IMG/VR virus record: IMGVR_UViG_3300034141_000082
DNA from: a virus
DNA: 64,000 nucleotides
Direction: 5' to 3' (one strand)
Shown in pieces: positions 62,356-64,000 of this stretch (position 1 is the stretch's first letter; every line of letters starts with the position of its first letter). Made by a program: the position numbers and the translations under genes. The notes under the pieces are model-generated. The model did not search any database. It saw nothing but the letters and a program-made list of their open reading frames with translations, and had not been told where the DNA came from.

Positions 62356-62861
62356 TGCGACACGCACGCCGGCACATCGAGGCATCGGCCAAGGCCCACC
62401 TCGTCACCCAGCTCACCGCCCTGGGCTGGATGGGCCCGACCCGGCCGTTCAACGCCCCGAACTCGCCCAACATCGCCATCGGCTTCATCGGCCTGGACGG
62501 CTCGACGCTGGTCGCCGCGGGCGGCCCGATCCCCCTCGTCAGCGTCTCGATCCCCGGGGACAACGAGGACGAGGAGACCGAGGTCGGCGGCGCCGCGGTG
62601 CAGACGGCCTACGACCTATTCGTCAGCGTGATCGCCGTGCCCGCCATCGTGGGCGTGCTCACCGAGGACATCGTCGACATCCTCGCCGGCCGCATCGTCC
62701 GACCCACCATCCCGTTCATCAACCAGGCCACCCAGCTCACCGTCGCCGGCGAGACCCTGGAGGTGGAGGACGTCCACTCGGACCGGGCCCGACTCGACCG
62801 CCCCGACTGGATGCTCATCACCGCCACGGTGGTGCGCGACTTCAGCCGGAGCTGGGCCTGA
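62355..62861 (+). CDS. Probable tail terminator
   Basis: TGATG coupling; position. Confidence 0.55.
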   Translation: MRHARRHIEASAKAHLVTQLTALGWMGPTRPFNAPNSPNIAIGFIGLDGSTLVAAGGPIPLVSVSIPGDNEDEETEVGGAAVQTAYDLFVSVIAVPAIVGVLTEDIVDILAGRIVRPTIPFINQATQLTVAGETLEVEDVHSDRARLDRPDWMLITATVVRDFSRSWA

Positions 62862-63586
62862 TGGCCGAGAAGGACTTCATCCTCAAATACGCGGTCAACC
62901 AGCGCGGCGCCACCGAGTACAGCAAGGAGATGAAGGACGGCGCCGCCCGCGCCGAGCGCGCCGCCGCCGCCATCGACCGCGTGCGGATGCGCGGCGTCCG
63001 GCTCAACGCCAACGCCCGTGGTCTGTCCGCCGCCATGCGCCGCGAAGCGGCACGACGTGACCGCGACCGCCAGCGCGTCATCACCGCGGCCAACGACATC
63101 AGCCGTGGCCTACAGGCCGCCGTCGTCAAGGAGATCGGCATCGGACTGCGCCGGCCGGGCGGCTCCACCGGCAAGCTGGCGAAGGTGACCGCCTCGGGGC
63201 GGAACCGCGGCTTCACCACTTCGCGCGACGTCATCAACACCGGCGTCGGCCGCTTCAGCTGGCTGCTCAACAACAAGCAGGTCGACTACGCGCTCGCCAT
63301 CGAAGGCGGCACGCGCAAGCACGTCGGCCGCTCGATCTCCGGTCTGTGGATCGCTTCGACCGGCCGGCCCACCGGCTTCGGCAAGCCGACCAAGACCGCA
63401 CGCTTCGTCGCCATGCGTGCACAGGACGCCGCGAAGACGCTGGTCGCCGCCGGCCGCAAGAACTTCCGCGTCGCCGGGGTCATCCGCAAGGAGATCGTGG
63501 CGCATAAGGACTACCGGGCCGCGCTGACGAATTACCAGCCCAAGCAGCGGATGCTCGCCGAGATCCGTCGGATTTACGGCGCCTGA
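62861..63586 (+). CDS. Basic neck/tail-completion protein (HK97 gp10-like)
   Basis: DYALAIEGGT motif; Arg/Lys rich. Confidence 0.55.
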   Translation: MAEKDFILKYAVNQRGATEYSKEMKDGAARAERAAAAIDRVRMRGVRLNANARGLSAAMRREAARRDRDRQRVITAANDISRGLQAAVVKEIGIGLRRPGGSTGKLAKVTASGRNRGFTTSRDVINTGVGRFSWLLNNKQVDYALAIEGGTRKHVGRSISGLWIASTGRPTGFGKPTKTARFVAMRAQDAAKTLVAAGRKNFRVAGVIRKEIVAHKDYRAALTNYQPKQRMLAEIRRIYGA

Positions 63587-63999
63587 AGGTCGCTGGCCTT
63601 GCGACGCTGGCCGCCGTGCCCCTGGATCGGCGCATGGGGATCGGTTGCCAGCCAGCGGAAGAGGCCAAGGGCACGCTCGGCGTCCTCGCCAAGAAGGCCG
63701 ATCGCCATGTTGCACTTCGGGTGGAGCAGGCCGCGGACGTGGCCGTCCGCGTGCGAATGGTCGATGACGCAGCCAGCACCGTTCTCCTCGTCCCACTCCA
63801 TAGGCTGCCCACAGGGGCACAGCCCTCGCTGAGAGTCGAAGAGCGCCCGCTTCTCAGAAGTGCTGATCCCCCACGTCCATACCTGCTTGCACTCACGGGT
63901 GCAGCGCAAGCAAAATTGGGTACGACTCGTGATGGTCGCGTCGCAGATGCCGGCGTAGTCGCCGTAGCCAGTACAGGCGGCGCCAATCCGCGCTTCTCT
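63574..63999 (-). CDS. Endonuclease VII-family HNH protein, 5'-truncated by the window edge
   Basis: Q.G.CPC...IDHSH..G.VRGLLH.KCN.AIG...ED; frame stays open to the window end. Confidence 0.85.
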   Translation of the reverse strand, partial: REARIGAACTGYGDYAGICDATITSRTQFCLRCTRECKQVWTWGISTSEKRALFDSQRGLCPCGQPMEWDEENGAGCVIDHSHADGHVRGLLHPKCNMAIGLLGEDAERALGLFRWLATDPHAPIQGHGGQRRKASDLQAP

Positions 64000-64000
64000 G

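Noticed and set aside
1-64000. Prophage with host flanks, rRNA or complete tRNA genes
   Set aside because: Phage-type genes lie on both sides of the att core; no housekeeping synteny or full cloverleaf was recognised by eye (tRNAscan would be needed to exclude one).

Overview
The whole window reads as one high-GC (about 70% by eye) tailed actinobacteriophage genome segment, with no host housekeeping flanks. The host is probably a morphologically complex, sporulating or filamentous actinomycete, inferred from two SsgA-like proteins, WhiB, Lsr2 and a class E-like sortase. Layout: (i) 1-2998 (+), end of the structural arm, four membrane/coiled-coil genes and lsr2, closed by a bidirectional terminator. 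(ii) 3065-34002 (-), a long leftward arm: recombination/repair genes (RuvC, SSB, Cas4-like exonuclease, minimal ATP-dependent ligase, Ku, WhiB fusion, RuvB-like ATPase), an orphan holin, dNMP kinase, ThyX, an SsgA-like gene, a 46-nt tRNA-like minihelix, a GT2 / LPVTG micro-peptide / sortase operon, two SH3-like repeat proteins and small early-type genes behind repeated promoter-like boxes. (iii) 34054-64000, mostly (+): primase-helicase, DnaQ-like exonuclease, metallophosphoesterase, collagen-like fibre with a GT4, CHAP endolysin, dCTP deaminase, terminase, portal, protease, scaffold and capsid. An insert follows with a hairpin array, a tyrosine integrase carrying a tRNA-Leu-type attP core, and DnaE, then neck genes and a truncated EndoVII-like gene. 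The best candidate for an undescribed system is the translationally coupled processive glycosyltransferase + 49-aa sorting-signal-only peptide + sortase cassette. All family calls come from motif recognition by eye, with no database searches. Several starts were moved from the ORF track to RBS- or overlap-supported codons.
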